NCBI GenBank assembly: GCA_021734995.1
Contig: JAIPHX010000003.1
Location: forward strand, 75,969-139,968
From: Minisyncoccota bacterium
Lineage (GTDB): Bacteria > Patescibacteriota > Minisyncoccia > Phycocordibacterales > UBA9973
Direction of reading: 5' to 3'
DNA: 64,000 nucleotides
Each line of letters opens with the position of its first letter. Position 1 is the stretch's first letter. This document shows positions 9,471-18,595 of this stretch, piece by piece. The notes beneath the pieces are model-generated. The model saw only the letters and a list, made by a program, of their open reading frames with translations. It ran no database searches and had not been told where the DNA came from. The position numbers were made by a program, and so were the translations under genes.

Positions 9471-10499
9471 ATGGCATATCCACTTATAATTTTTGGAGCA
9501 GGAGCATCTCATGATTTTTCACCCTTAGGGAAAATGGCCCCTCTTACTAATGATCTCGCAGAAGATCAATTTATTCATTCTGGATTTCTTGAAAAATACA
9601 AAGGGGCAGGAAATTTATTAGTAGAAATAATCAATCAAGTAAAAAGTCGCAAAAGAAATTTTGAAGAAGTTTTGACTGAAATACAGAATGATTCCATAAA
9701 ATCTGAGGCTATGCGAAGACGATTCGTAGATTTTGAATTTTATTTAAGAGATTTGTTTTCTTATATTTCAAAACCACATGACTTAAATCGTAAAATACAT
9801 CAAGCTAATAATTATCATGCAATAATAAATCGCATTGATACTTATACAAACGGGAAAGCGTTAATAGCAACATTTAATTATGATTCTTTATTTGAAAATA
9901 GTCTTAGCTCCTTAAAACCAAAAAACATGAGAGATTATATTTCAAGTGATATTAAAATTATTAAATTGCATGGTTCTCATGATTGGGGTTATATTAGAAG
10001 AACATCAGAAATGGAAAGAAAGCATCTTGGTATAAAAGATGGCTATGAACTTTCCATAAAAGAACCTGACATTCTTAAGGAAATTAAAGAGGGTAAATAT
10101 GACCCATATCATATTCAAGAAATAGAAGAAAATGCTGAAAAAAATGATTTTAACTCATTTCCTGCTATAGCTATTCCTTTGATAGGGAAAGATAAATATG
10201 TATGTCCGACTCAACATATTAAAGTTTTTGAACAACATTTACCACAGATAGATAGAGTTTTAATTGTTGGTTGGAGAGCAGAAGATCCATTACTACTTGA
10301 AACACTGAAAAATAATTTACCAAAAGAAGGAGGATATAAAGTTCTTGTTGTTTCTTGGACACTTGAAGGGGCTCAAAAAATAGCCAAGAAAGTTAAAGAA
10401 GGTCTTGGTATTCTTAATGATTTTTATGTTCAAGCCAGAGGAAATGGTTTTTCAACATTTATGGCGGATGAAGCTTCAAAGATTTTTTTCTCTCAATAA
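9471..10499 (+). CDS. SIR2-like domain protein
   Basis: FGAGAS, TFNYD, KLHGS, IVGW motifs. Confidence 0.8.
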   Translation: MAYPLIIFGAGASHDFSPLGKMAPLTNDLAEDQFIHSGFLEKYKGAGNLLVEIINQVKSRKRNFEEVLTEIQNDSIKSEAMRRRFVDFEFYLRDLFSYISKPHDLNRKIHQANNYHAIINRIDTYTNGKALIATFNYDSLFENSLSSLKPKNMRDYISSDIKIIKLHGSHDWGYIRRTSEMERKHLGIKDGYELSIKEPDILKEIKEGKYDPYHIQEIEENAEKNDFNSFPAIAIPLIGKDKYVCPTQHIKVFEQHLPQIDRVLIVGWRAEDPLLLETLKNNLPKEGGYKVLVVSWTLEGAQKIAKKVKEGLGILNDFYVQARGNGFSTFMADEASKIFFSQ

Positions 10500-10504
10500 T
10501 TATT

Positions 10505-10942
10505 ATGAAAACAATTATACAAATTTTAATAATTTCATTTTTAATTATTCCTAATTTTTCATTTGCTCATCCGGGCCGAACAGATTCTTCTGGTTGTCAT
10601 ACTTGTCGGACAAATTGTTCTAATTGGGGATTATCTACGGGTGAGTATCATTGTCATAATGCTAAAGCATTGCCACAACCAGAAGAGCCAATTAAAAGCA
10701 CTTATGGAGAAAACGGGACCGGATACACAACACTAGCACCGGAGTATAAGATTCCAGCAACACCTAAAAAAGTAATTCCAAAAGTTGTTGAACAAAAACC
10801 TGTTTCTACTACGCCCATAAACAAAATTGAAACATCACAAAATACAAAAATAGAAACTCCCGCTCCTTATCCAGTTCCAATACAAACCCCAGAACCTGTT
10901 AAGAAAAAAAGTTTCTGGTCAAAGATATTTTGGTTTTGGTAA
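10505..10942 (+). CDS. secreted YHYH-domain protein
   Basis: Signal peptide then HPGRTDSSGCH...YHCH; C-terminal FWSKIFWFW. Confidence 0.75.
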   Translation: MKTIIQILIISFLIIPNFSFAHPGRTDSSGCHTCRTNCSNWGLSTGEYHCHNAKALPQPEEPIKSTYGENGTGYTTLAPEYKIPATPKKVIPKVVEQKPVSTTPINKIETSQNTKIETPAPYPVPIQTPEPVKKKSFWSKIFWFW

Positions 10943-10951
10943 ATAATTTTT

Positions 10952-11581
10952 ATGACAGCTAAAGATCATGTAAAAGAATGGTTAGATAGTATCTCTAAAC
11001 GAGGTGGCTATATAGAAAAACAAGAAATTATTTTTCTAATGGTTCAAGCACGACACTTAATCGAAAACCACCCCAATATCTCTAAATATAGAACAATTGA
11101 ATTTTATAGTAATTGGGTAGTTCATACTCAACTGGATAGACCATCAGAAGTGAGTTTATCTATATTTCGAGACATCACAAAAATACTTTCAGCTAATTGG
11201 AATCCTACTGACCCAGAAATGGGAAATCAAATATCAAAAGTAATTGGCCTTTCCACTTTAAGAACTGAACTTGTCTCTTTATTTCAAGAGAATAATCTTA
11301 ATGTTGAACTTTTTAGTATTTATGAAAATTGGAAAAATATCGCAGTATTTTTGATTTACTTTTTGCAAAATAAACCATTGGTATTTCCTAAAACTACAAA
11401 AAATAAGTTTAAGCTCCTTATTGAAGAAATAATGAATCTTAAGAAACCGGCTGACTTTTGGATAAAAAACTTATCTATAATCGGGATAGATAATCGTCCC
11501 CATTGGTGCTTTGAATTAGGGGGTGAAAAAAATACTACGAAAATTATTGGAGAACTATTTATTGAAAAAGACCCTGCTTAA
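10952..11581 (+). CDS. hypothetical protein
   Basis: 209-aa ORF co-oriented with island cargo. Confidence 0.6.
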   Translation: MTAKDHVKEWLDSISKRGGYIEKQEIIFLMVQARHLIENHPNISKYRTIEFYSNWVVHTQLDRPSEVSLSIFRDITKILSANWNPTDPEMGNQISKVIGLSTLRTELVSLFQENNLNVELFSIYENWKNIAVFLIYFLQNKPLVFPKTTKNKFKLLIEEIMNLKKPADFWIKNLSIIGIDNRPHWCFELGGEKNTTKIIGELFIEKDPA

Positions 11582-11737
11582 TTAAACAAAAGAGATTTAA
11601 TTTCTGCTAGTGCAATACTAGGGAAAGGATATTCATTTAGCCAATCTATCGTTCGAAAGTCATCCACCAAAGCGAGCCATCAAAAAACAGCTCAAATACT
11701 GGGCTGTTTTTTTGTTACCCCAATAGGGTTCAGAACT
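11578..11737. repeat. att repeat R1 (attR of island); antisense tail WLALVDDFRTIDWLNEYPFPSIALAEIKSLLFN*
   Basis: TTCGAA 11652, GAGC 11674, GTTCAGAAC ~11728. Confidence 0.85.
11682..11713. terminator. bidirectional intrinsic terminator inside R1
   Basis: AAAAAACAGCTCA-AATAC-TGGGCTGTTTTTTT. Confidence 0.75.
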
Positions 11738-11759
11738 CAAATTTGTTATAATGGTAGTA

Positions 11760-12461
11760 ATGAAAAAGATTATTATCTATTTTTTATCGGCAATACTCAT
11801 TCTCGTAGTTTGTGGATATGGACTGCTTCAAATCAGTAAATCACGCACTTTTCAATTTTTCGGCAGTATCGTAAACCGAGTTGATACTGAAGAAAAAGTT
11901 ATTGCCCTCACATTTGATGACGGACCAGAGACACACACGAATGAGATACTGGATGTACTGCAGGAAAAGCAAATAAAAGCCACATTTTATGTGATTGGTG
12001 AAAGATTGCAGGAAAACTTAGAGATTGGACAGCGTATTACTGATGAGGGACACGAACTTGGCAACCATTCGTACACGCATCAGAGATTTTTATTCAAACC
12101 TCTATCTTTTATAGATAGTGAAATTCAAAATACAAATCAACTTATCCGAGAAGCAGGATATGAAGGAGCTATAACATTCCGCCCTCCTTATGGAAAAAAG
12201 CTTCTGGGACTTCCTTGGTATCTAAATAAACACAACATTGAAACTATTATGGTTGATGTTGAACCTGATACTTATGGCACAACGTCGGACTTCTTTGTTG
12301 AATATACGATTGCAAATACAAAAGCTGGCTCTATTATACTTCTTCACCCATTTTGTGAGACCTGTAGTGAACAAAGAAAAGCTGTTCCGCTAATAATAGA
12401 TGCACTGAAGGAAAAGGGTTATACATTTGTTACGGTTTCTGAATTGCTTTCCAGAAGATAA
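11760..12461 (+). CDS. polysaccharide deacetylase (NodB family)
   Basis: TFDDGP, HELGNHSYTH, FRPPYG, IILLH. Confidence 0.92.
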   Translation: MKKIIIYFLSAILILVVCGYGLLQISKSRTFQFFGSIVNRVDTEEKVIALTFDDGPETHTNEILDVLQEKQIKATFYVIGERLQENLEIGQRITDEGHELGNHSYTHQRFLFKPLSFIDSEIQNTNQLIREAGYEGAITFRPPYGKKLLGLPWYLNKHNIETIMVDVEPDTYGTTSDFFVEYTIANTKAGSIILLHPFCETCSEQRKAVPLIIDALKEKGYTFVTVSELLSRR

Positions 12462-12462
12462 A

Positions 12463-12646
12463 TCACTTAGCTAAAGCTATAAGATTATTGATTGTATTCA
12501 AATGATATTCAGGATCGGGATATAAAGTAGCCCAGTCAAAAGTTCGAAATGCACACCTCCATTCGAGCAAAATAAAACGTAGAGAATACGCTGATACATA
12601 TAGAGTTAAAAGTGTGAAATATCCTACCTGTGAACAGGGTTCGAAC
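12463..12646. repeat. att repeat R2; antisense tail LLEWRCAFRTFDWATLYPDPEYHLNTINNLIALAK*
   Basis: TTCGAA 12543, GAGC 12565, GTTCGAAC 12639. Confidence 0.85.
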
Positions 12647-12648
12647 TT

Positions 12649-13143
12649 TTACAATAACTTCCTAACTCTTTCAGTAAATGTATTCATATGGTAATGAAGT
12701 GGAAAAGGTACAAGCACTCCATTGTTTACAACGTTGAACCCGTCCTCGAGGAGAGGTTTTTCTAATAATCTACAAATGTTAGATTTGACTAAAATGATAG
12801 GTATCTGTTTGTCGCCTATAATAGATCGCAAATCATTCTTGAAGTTTTCGTAATTAGACAAAATAAGTTTGTCCGCTTCTTTATCTGAGAGTTTATTAAC
12901 CGGGGTGTAAATTGGATTAACTAACAAATATCCCTTACTAGCCAATTTCTTCAAACCCTCATCTTTGTTGGTGGGAGAGAAATCTATAACGGCTTTCATA
13001 AAGGCACGAAACAATACTTCCGAAACACGTCCACTTGGATCGTAAAAATAACCGTGACCTGCTGGCGGGGACTCTAATACAAAAATAGCCTTAATCTTTT
13101 TAGGTAGATATTTATTCCGTAGAGAAACATAGTCCGTGTCCAT
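12649..13143 (-). CDS. hypothetical protein, possibly uracil-DNA-glycosylase-like fold
   Basis: IFVLESPP...YFY and VPFP motifs. Confidence 0.55.
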   Translation of the reverse strand: MDTDYVSLRNKYLPKKIKAIFVLESPPAGHGYFYDPSGRVSEVLFRAFMKAVIDFSPTNKDEGLKKLASKGYLLVNPIYTPVNKLSDKEADKLILSNYENFKNDLRSIIGDKQIPIILVKSNICRLLEKPLLEDGFNVVNNGVLVPFPLHYHMNTFTERVRKLL

Positions 13144-13161
13144 ATAAGTATTATATAAAAA

Positions 13162-13269
13162 TTAGCGTGCCAAAGCGATTAGTCTGTCGATTTGCCCTAA
13201 GTGATATTCAGGATCTGTGTATACACCAACCCAATCAAAAGTTCGAAATGCGTCCCTCCACTCGAGCCA
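13162..13269. repeat. att repeat R3 (left arm + core); antisense tail WLEWRDAFRTFDWVGVYTDPEYHLGQIDRLIALAR*
   Basis: TTCGAA 13242, GAGCCA 13264; homologous to R2 tail. Confidence 0.85.
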
Positions 13270-13278
13270 ACAAATTTT

Positions 13279-14163
13279 TTAAAAATTAATAAAATAGTTT
13301 TTCTTATTAAACCATTTATCATACCAAGGGCTCGGGTCTTTATTTTCTTTTCCATAATAATGCCAAAGGTCATTCAGGGCACAATGAGCAAAAAGAAGTT
13401 TTCTGTCTATTTTTTCTCCTTTCAATTTTTCGTACTCAAGAACCATAGCTATTCCTAGATCAATATCATAACGACCCATTAATTGACGAAAATCAACTTC
13501 TGGATGGTCTAAACAAACATTTCCAAAATCTATTAATCCATTAAATTTATAAGAAGTAGTATCTATTATAATATTCTTCCAATGAAAATCACTATGAGTT
13601 AAAACTAGATTACTCTCAGAAAGAGAAAGCTCAATAATCTGACTAATTTCTGTAATTAGTTTTCCTATATTTTCCGACTTATCTTTATAACTATTTATAA
13701 TACTTGCCTGATGTTGTCTTTTTGTATGATAGTTTTTATTGGGACAAGACTGAAGATCTATATTAATTTTTTGACTATGAAATTCATACAAAAAAGAACC
13801 TAGTTGTTTACCTAGCTCTTTTTTCTTCTCTTCGTCCATTTTGAATAAAAATGGTTTAAGTATCTCTCCTTTAATTAGATTTGATAAATAACAATTGAAA
13901 TTCGAGTTACGATAAATCAATTCAGGCATGTGATGCATTTTCCCATTTAAAGATTCAAGAATAGCACTCTCTGTATTAATATCATTTACCTCTATTCCTT
14001 TTGGGTTTTTCTTAGCTACCTTAAGTACATACTGATTATCGATTAAAAATATTTCATTTGCGTTTCCTTCAGCAAAAGATTCTATTTTCCCAACAGGATT
14101 AATTAAATTCAATTCATCTATTTTTTGAACTATTTTTTTAATTTGATCCATTTCTAATGCCAT
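13279..14163 (-). CDS. aminoglycoside phosphotransferase-family kinase
   Basis: YVLK, HSDFHWKNII, IDFG. Confidence 0.85.
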   Translation of the reverse strand: MALEMDQIKKIVQKIDELNLINPVGKIESFAEGNANEIFLIDNQYVLKVAKKNPKGIEVNDINTESAILESLNGKMHHMPELIYRNSNFNCYLSNLIKGEILKPFLFKMDEEKKKELGKQLGSFLYEFHSQKINIDLQSCPNKNYHTKRQHQASIINSYKDKSENIGKLITEISQIIELSLSESNLVLTHSDFHWKNIIIDTTSYKFNGLIDFGNVCLDHPEVDFRQLMGRYDIDLGIAMVLEYEKLKGEKIDRKLLFAHCALNDLWHYYGKENKDPSPWYDKWFNKKNYFINF

Positions 14164-14201
14164 ATATTATTAATATACCTTATTTTTCCTTATTCAGACA
14201 G

Positions 14202-14230
14202 TTTCAAACATCATCCCAAACTCGGATCCA
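14202..14230. repeat. att repeat R4 (degenerate left arm)
   Basis: TTTCAAACATCATCCCAAACTCGGATCCA; antisense WIRVWDDV*. Confidence 0.7.
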
Positions 14231-14366
14231 TTTTAAAAAATTATATTTTATAATAATCATTTTGATACTAGATAGGGAAACTAAGTCATACATAAGTATC
14301 TCATATAAAAGGTAGGGGTCGTTTCCAGGGTCCAGAGACCCCCCTGCTTGCGTTTCTATAATAATT

Positions 14367-14528
14367 CTATATTAAAGATAATAAATGAGTAATCTCCTTG
14401 TTTGTTGTTTCTATGTCTCCCACAGCTTTAGGCCAATCATAAGTTCGGAAAGCAGACTCCCACGCGAGCAGAGTTTAACCCATATTTTATAAAGGTTATT
14501 TTTCGGAGGTTAGTATAAGTTCGAACCT
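14367..14528. repeat. att repeat R5; antisense tail LLAWESAFRTYDWPKAVGDIETTNKEITHLLSLI*
   Basis: GAGC 14466, TTCGAA 14520. Confidence 0.85.
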
Positions 14529-14576
14529 AAGTATATAGTGCTACTTACAGTGGGATAAATATGATAAGATAAAAAA

Positions 14577-15062
14577 ATGACAGAAGAATTTTCAAAACCT
14601 AATTTTAATTTAGAAAATATAATTGATCAAAAAATATTTGATAAAAATAGGAATTTTCATGGAGTAAAAGGTCTTGTTTTTATCGGTGATAAAATTCTTA
14701 CATACAGAAGAGATACTAAAACAAAAAGTTTTCCACTATATATAGATTTACCTGGTGGTGGTAAAGAAGAAGGTGAATCGCCATTTGATACTTTTAAAAG
14801 AGAGACTAAAGAAGAATTTGGAATTGAAATAAATCCTGATGATGTAAAATATGCAAAACAATATATGAGTGCAATGGATACAACCAAGGAATCATATTTT
14901 ATTGTTGTTAATCCATTAAATATGAAAGAAAGCGATGTAGTTTTTGGAGATGAAGGATTAGAGCCTGTGTTAATTACCCCTGATGAATATTTGAAGTTAA
15001 ATGATGCAATCAAAAGACAACAGGATAAAGTAGTAGATTACCTAGCTACATTTAAAGAGTAG
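14577..15062 (+). CDS. NUDIX hydrolase
   Basis: Nudix box LPGGGKEEGESPFDTFKRETKEEFG. Confidence 0.9.
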   Translation: MTEEFSKPNFNLENIIDQKIFDKNRNFHGVKGLVFIGDKILTYRRDTKTKSFPLYIDLPGGGKEEGESPFDTFKRETKEEFGIEINPDDVKYAKQYMSAMDTTKESYFIVVNPLNMKESDVVFGDEGLEPVLITPDEYLKLNDAIKRQQDKVVDYLATFKE

Positions 15063-15063
15063 A

Positions 15064-15172
15064 TTATTCTTTCTCTAATATACTCCCTCGAACTTCATCC
15101 CAAGTTCGGAGCCATTTTTTGAACCTTAATTTGCAATGGTTATTTTTCGAAGGTTAGTAGAAGTTCGAACCT
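15064..15172. repeat. att repeat R6; antisense tail WLRTWDEVRGSILEKE*
   Basis: GAGCCA 15109, TTCGAA 15164. Confidence 0.88.
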
Positions 15173-15196
15173 ACTCTTTATGTTATAATTCCCTTT

Positions 15197-15967
15197 ATGA
15201 AAGAATTTCAGAAACCTATTGGTAGGTTAGATGGCCATACTTTTGTTTTAGGTACTGCTGTCAAAAAAGAAATAATCGGGATTTTGTCAAAAAAATCCTC
15301 TCAAAAAGCAACTCAAGAAACTCTAGCTGCTTTTGTTCCTGAAAGAGTTCGAAGTGTTGCTGTAAATCCAAAAAACATAGAACTCTATCAACTTTCCGAT
15401 GAACAAGGTGAAATTTCAGTACTAGTACTTGAAAAAGATTATCCTACTAAACTAACTGATAAAGAAGAGTATAGTAAGTGGAAACACAATATTGAATTAG
15501 CAAAACAAGTACAAGAAAGAGTAAGATTCAAAATCTTACCTAATGCTCCTACCTCTGTAAACAAACTACATGCAAAATTTAGTTCACTAATTGACTCAGG
15601 ATATTTATCTCTCTCTACTAGAGTCCTTATGTTTACCAAAGTATTATTATACCCAAGCAATCCAGAGGCTTTATTTGTGAAAGATTTTGATGGTGAGACT
15701 CAGCAAGGGATTGGGCAAGATTTTTATAAAAACCAACTCCCAGTATTGGCTAAGAATTTAGGACTAAGGTTTGTTGTAGGACAAAATAATGGCGGAAATT
15801 TTACTTTCTTCAAGGATACACTAGGAAGATATACTCAGGAAGACTTGAAACCAGAATTCAGAGTTGTGCTCTTTCCTGATCATATAAATGATAGATTTTT
15901 TACTATTCAGTTTTTATATCCTGAAGATATTGAGAAATATGTCCAGAAAGAAGCAATTAAGTCTTAA
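15197..15967 (+). CDS. hypothetical protein, possible GNAT-like C-terminus
   Basis: QQGIGQDFY resembles the acetyl-CoA-binding motif. Confidence 0.5.
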   Translation: MKEFQKPIGRLDGHTFVLGTAVKKEIIGILSKKSSQKATQETLAAFVPERVRSVAVNPKNIELYQLSDEQGEISVLVLEKDYPTKLTDKEEYSKWKHNIELAKQVQERVRFKILPNAPTSVNKLHAKFSSLIDSGYLSLSTRVLMFTKVLLYPSNPEALFVKDFDGETQQGIGQDFYKNQLPVLAKNLGLRFVVGQNNGGNFTFFKDTLGRYTQEDLKPEFRVVLFPDHINDRFFTIQFLYPEDIEKYVQKEAIKS

Positions 15968-15975
15968 GTAATACC

Positions 15976-16062
15976 ATTCGAACATCACCCCAAGTTCGGA
16001 GCAGAATTTCAAACCATATTTTATAAAGGTTATTTTTTGGAGGTTAGTAGAAGTTCGAACCT
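15976..16062. repeat. att repeat R7
   Basis: ATTCGAACATCACCCCAAGTTCGGAGCA...GGTTAGTAGAAGTTCGAACCT. Confidence 0.9.
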
Positions 16063-16079
16063 AATGATATAATTCCTTT

Positions 16080-16532
16080 GTGAATAATTTTCTCCAGCAA
16101 GCAATAGAATTATCAAAAAAATCTATCGAACAAGGAGGTTTTCCTGTTGGTGCTCTAGTGGTAAAAGATGAGGTCATAATCTCTGAAGGACTTAGTGACG
16201 GAAAAAATAGAAAGGACGCTACTAGCCACGCGGAGATCGAAGCAATAAGAAACGCCTCAATTAAATTAGATACTCGTGACTTAAAAGGTTGTGAAGTATA
16301 CTCTTCGATGGAACCTTGTCTTATGTGTTTTTCTGCTTGTTATTGGGCAAAAATAACAAAGATAGTATATGCCGTCGGAAAGGATAAACTTTCCAAGCAA
16401 CATTATGAAGGATTACATTCAATTGAAAATATCAATACAGAAAATAACAGGCAAATTGAAATTATTCATATCAAAGAATTAGAAAACGAAGCTCTTTCCC
16501 TTATCCAAGATTGGGAAAAGAATCTAAGATAG
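16080..16532 (+). CDS. nucleoside deaminase (TadA/guanine deaminase-like)
   Basis: HAE and EPCLMC zinc motifs. Confidence 0.9.
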   Translation: MNNFLQQAIELSKKSIEQGGFPVGALVVKDEVIISEGLSDGKNRKDATSHAEIEAIRNASIKLDTRDLKGCEVYSSMEPCLMCFSACYWAKITKIVYAVGKDKLSKQHYEGLHSIENINTENNRQIEIIHIKELENEALSLIQDWEKNLR

Positions 16533-16534
16533 CC

Positions 16535-16621
16535 ATTCGAATATCATTCCAAGTCTAGAGTCAACAAAATCACCTTATTTTACACGGTGATTTTTTCCTA
16601 CCTTGATATAAGTTCGAACCT
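16535..16621. repeat. att repeat R8
   Basis: ATTCGAATATCATTCCAAGTCTAGAGTCA...AAGTTCGAACCT; internal hairpin AAAATCACC/GGTGATTTT. Confidence 0.85.
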
Positions 16622-16649
16622 AAATGTTTTTTGTGTATAATATAAATAT

Positions 16650-17534
16650 ATGAAAAAACAGAAATTGGGATTTATTGGGCTTGGCCTGATGGGAAAATAT
16701 ATGACTCTTAATTTACTCAAAAACAAGTATCAAGTCGTCGGGTATAATCGTTCAAAGAAGGTATTAAATGAATTAAAAAAATCAGGTTTAATTATTGCTC
16801 AAAATCCTAAAGAGATAGCTCTTAGAAGTGAAATTATAATTTTAATGTTGCCGAGCTCAAAAGAAACAGGTGAGGTTATTTTCGGCAAGAGTGGATTAAT
16901 TGAGGGTTTAAGAAAGGGGCAGGTTGTTATTGATATGAGCACTTCTAACCCCGCAGAAACTAAAAAGATAATGGAAGTTTTGAAAAAGAAAGGTGTGTTT
17001 ATGATGGATGCTCCAGTGTCTAGGGGGCAAAAAGCAGCAGTCGCAGGAGTTCTGTCTATAATGGTTGGTGGTGATAAAAAGATTTTTAATAAATGTTTAC
17101 CAATTTTTAAAGCAATGGGGGAGTATGTAGTATATTTAGGATCTTTTGGTTCCGGGTTGTATGTGAAAGCATTAAATAACTTTCTTTTTGCAATGAACTT
17201 ATTGGCAAGTAGTCAGGGATTGATGATGATAAAGAAAAATAAGATAGATTTAAAAAAGGCAATAGAAGTTATTGAAGAGAGTTCAGGAAATAATACAGCT
17301 CTATCTCCATCTATTAAAAATCGTCTTGGTGAAAAACATCCTTCTATTGGTTTTTATCTTAAACATATGGCTAAGGATATGAAGATATTTAACGATGTTG
17401 TAAAAGATCAAAAGATCTACAATACTCTTGCAAAACCCGTTTCTGACTTTTTCGCAAAAATGGCAAAGTTGCACACTGGTAAAGATTCAATGTATTTGTT
17501 TGAGCATTATGTGGTAAAAAGCAATAAAAAATAG
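16650..17534 (+). CDS. NAD(P)-dependent beta-hydroxyacid dehydrogenase (3-hydroxyisobutyrate dehydrogenase family)
   Basis: GFIGLGLMG, DAPVS.G, KALNN. Confidence 0.88.
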   Translation: MKKQKLGFIGLGLMGKYMTLNLLKNKYQVVGYNRSKKVLNELKKSGLIIAQNPKEIALRSEIIILMLPSSKETGEVIFGKSGLIEGLRKGQVVIDMSTSNPAETKKIMEVLKKKGVFMMDAPVSRGQKAAVAGVLSIMVGGDKKIFNKCLPIFKAMGEYVVYLGSFGSGLYVKALNNFLFAMNLLASSQGLMMIKKNKIDLKKAIEVIEESSGNNTALSPSIKNRLGEKHPSIGFYLKHMAKDMKIFNDVVKDQKIYNTLAKPVSDFFAKMAKLHTGKDSMYLFEHYVVKSNKK

Positions 17535-17565
17535 TATTTACCACTTATTTTTTTCCATTAAACTT

Positions 17566-17652
17566 ATTCGAACATCACCCCAAGTTCGGAGCAAAATTTT
17601 CGCCCATATTTTATAAAGGTTATTTTTCGGAGGTTAGTAGAAGTTCGAACCT
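17566..17652. repeat. att repeat R9
   Basis: Near-identical to R7; GAGC 17589, TTCGAA 17644. Confidence 0.9.
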
Positions 17653-17738
17653 AAATATATATATTGATACCCACTGTGGGGGAAATATGATAAATTTTGC
17701 ACATATTCTACATAGGCGTGAGATGATATAATGAGACC

Positions 17739-18299
17739 ATGAAACAAGTACTTGGTCTTAGAAAGGGATTTGTTAAGATAGAAAAATATAATCCCTTGTG
17801 GCAAAAAGAGTTTGACAAAGAAAAGAAAAACTTGAAAAAAATTTTTGGTGATGTTTCTCTATCAATAGAACATGTAGGATCTACTTCAGTTGTAGGCTTG
17901 TCTGCAAAACCAATAATTGATATTGCTATTGGAGTTGATTCACTAAAAGACATAGCACAAGTTAAAGAGAAAATATTAAAGTTCTCGCATTATTCGATCA
18001 AGGAAAATAACGCAGATGGTGAAATCCTTATGAGAAGAGGTGTGCCAATAAAGTTGGGTGAAGATAAACCAAATTTTATAACTCATTTTATTCACATTAT
18101 GGAAATAGATAGCAGGAAATATAAGGAAACACTAATATACCGTGATTATCTAAGAAAAAATAAAGAAGTCCTAAAAGAATATGATAATCTAAAGAAAAAG
18201 TTGGCTATAAAATACCAGAAAGAAAGAAAATCTTATACTAAAGCAAAGGATGAGTACATCAAAAGTATTTTAAGTAAGTGTAATAGCTCGAATTTATAG
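17739..18299 (+). CDS. GrpB family protein
   Basis: IEHVGSTSV.GL.AKPIIDI, YRDYL, Y...K..YI. Confidence 0.9.
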   Translation: MKQVLGLRKGFVKIEKYNPLWQKEFDKEKKNLKKIFGDVSLSIEHVGSTSVVGLSAKPIIDIAIGVDSLKDIAQVKEKILKFSHYSIKENNADGEILMRRGVPIKLGEDKPNFITHFIHIMEIDSRKYKETLIYRDYLRKNKEVLKEYDNLKKKLAIKYQKERKSYTKAKDEYIKSILSKCNSSNL

Positions 18300-18411
18300 T
18301 ACTGATTTGTAGCTAGACCCTTCTTACTACAACTTATTCGTAAAACTTATTACAGTATTACGATACTTACGATATATTTATATATCTTTTATTTATCATT
18401 CAATATCTCTT

Positions 18412-18496
18412 GTCGAACATCATCCCAAGTTCGGAGCAAAGTTTTAAGCAATATATCCCAATGGTTAGTCTTCTTACCTTAGTAAAAGTTCGAACC
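18412..18496. repeat. att repeat R10
   Basis: GTCGAACATCATCCCAAGTTCGGAGCA...AAAGTTCGAACC; antisense LLRTWDDVRQ. Confidence 0.9.
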
Positions 18497-18595
18497 CCAT
18501 TGATACTTGCACGGTTTTACTAATGTGATATAATAGGCGTATCACTATGAAGAAGACCCTTATGTAGATTCGTCTACATTGGGGGCTTTTTCTTT

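Larger units (their letters stand above)
2445..11677. mobile_element. integrative element at tRNA-Asn 3' end (~9.2 kb)
   Basis: CGAGC core at 2445-2449 and 11673-11677; excision restores tRNA CCA and an in-frame recombinase C-terminus. Confidence 0.8.

Noticed and set aside
2445-11677. Island as a prophage or ICE
   Set aside because: No capsid, terminase, tail, relaxase or type IV secretion genes.
13201-13458. 85-aa plus-strand ORF
   Set aside because: Shadow of repeat R3 and the antisense strand of the APH kinase gene.
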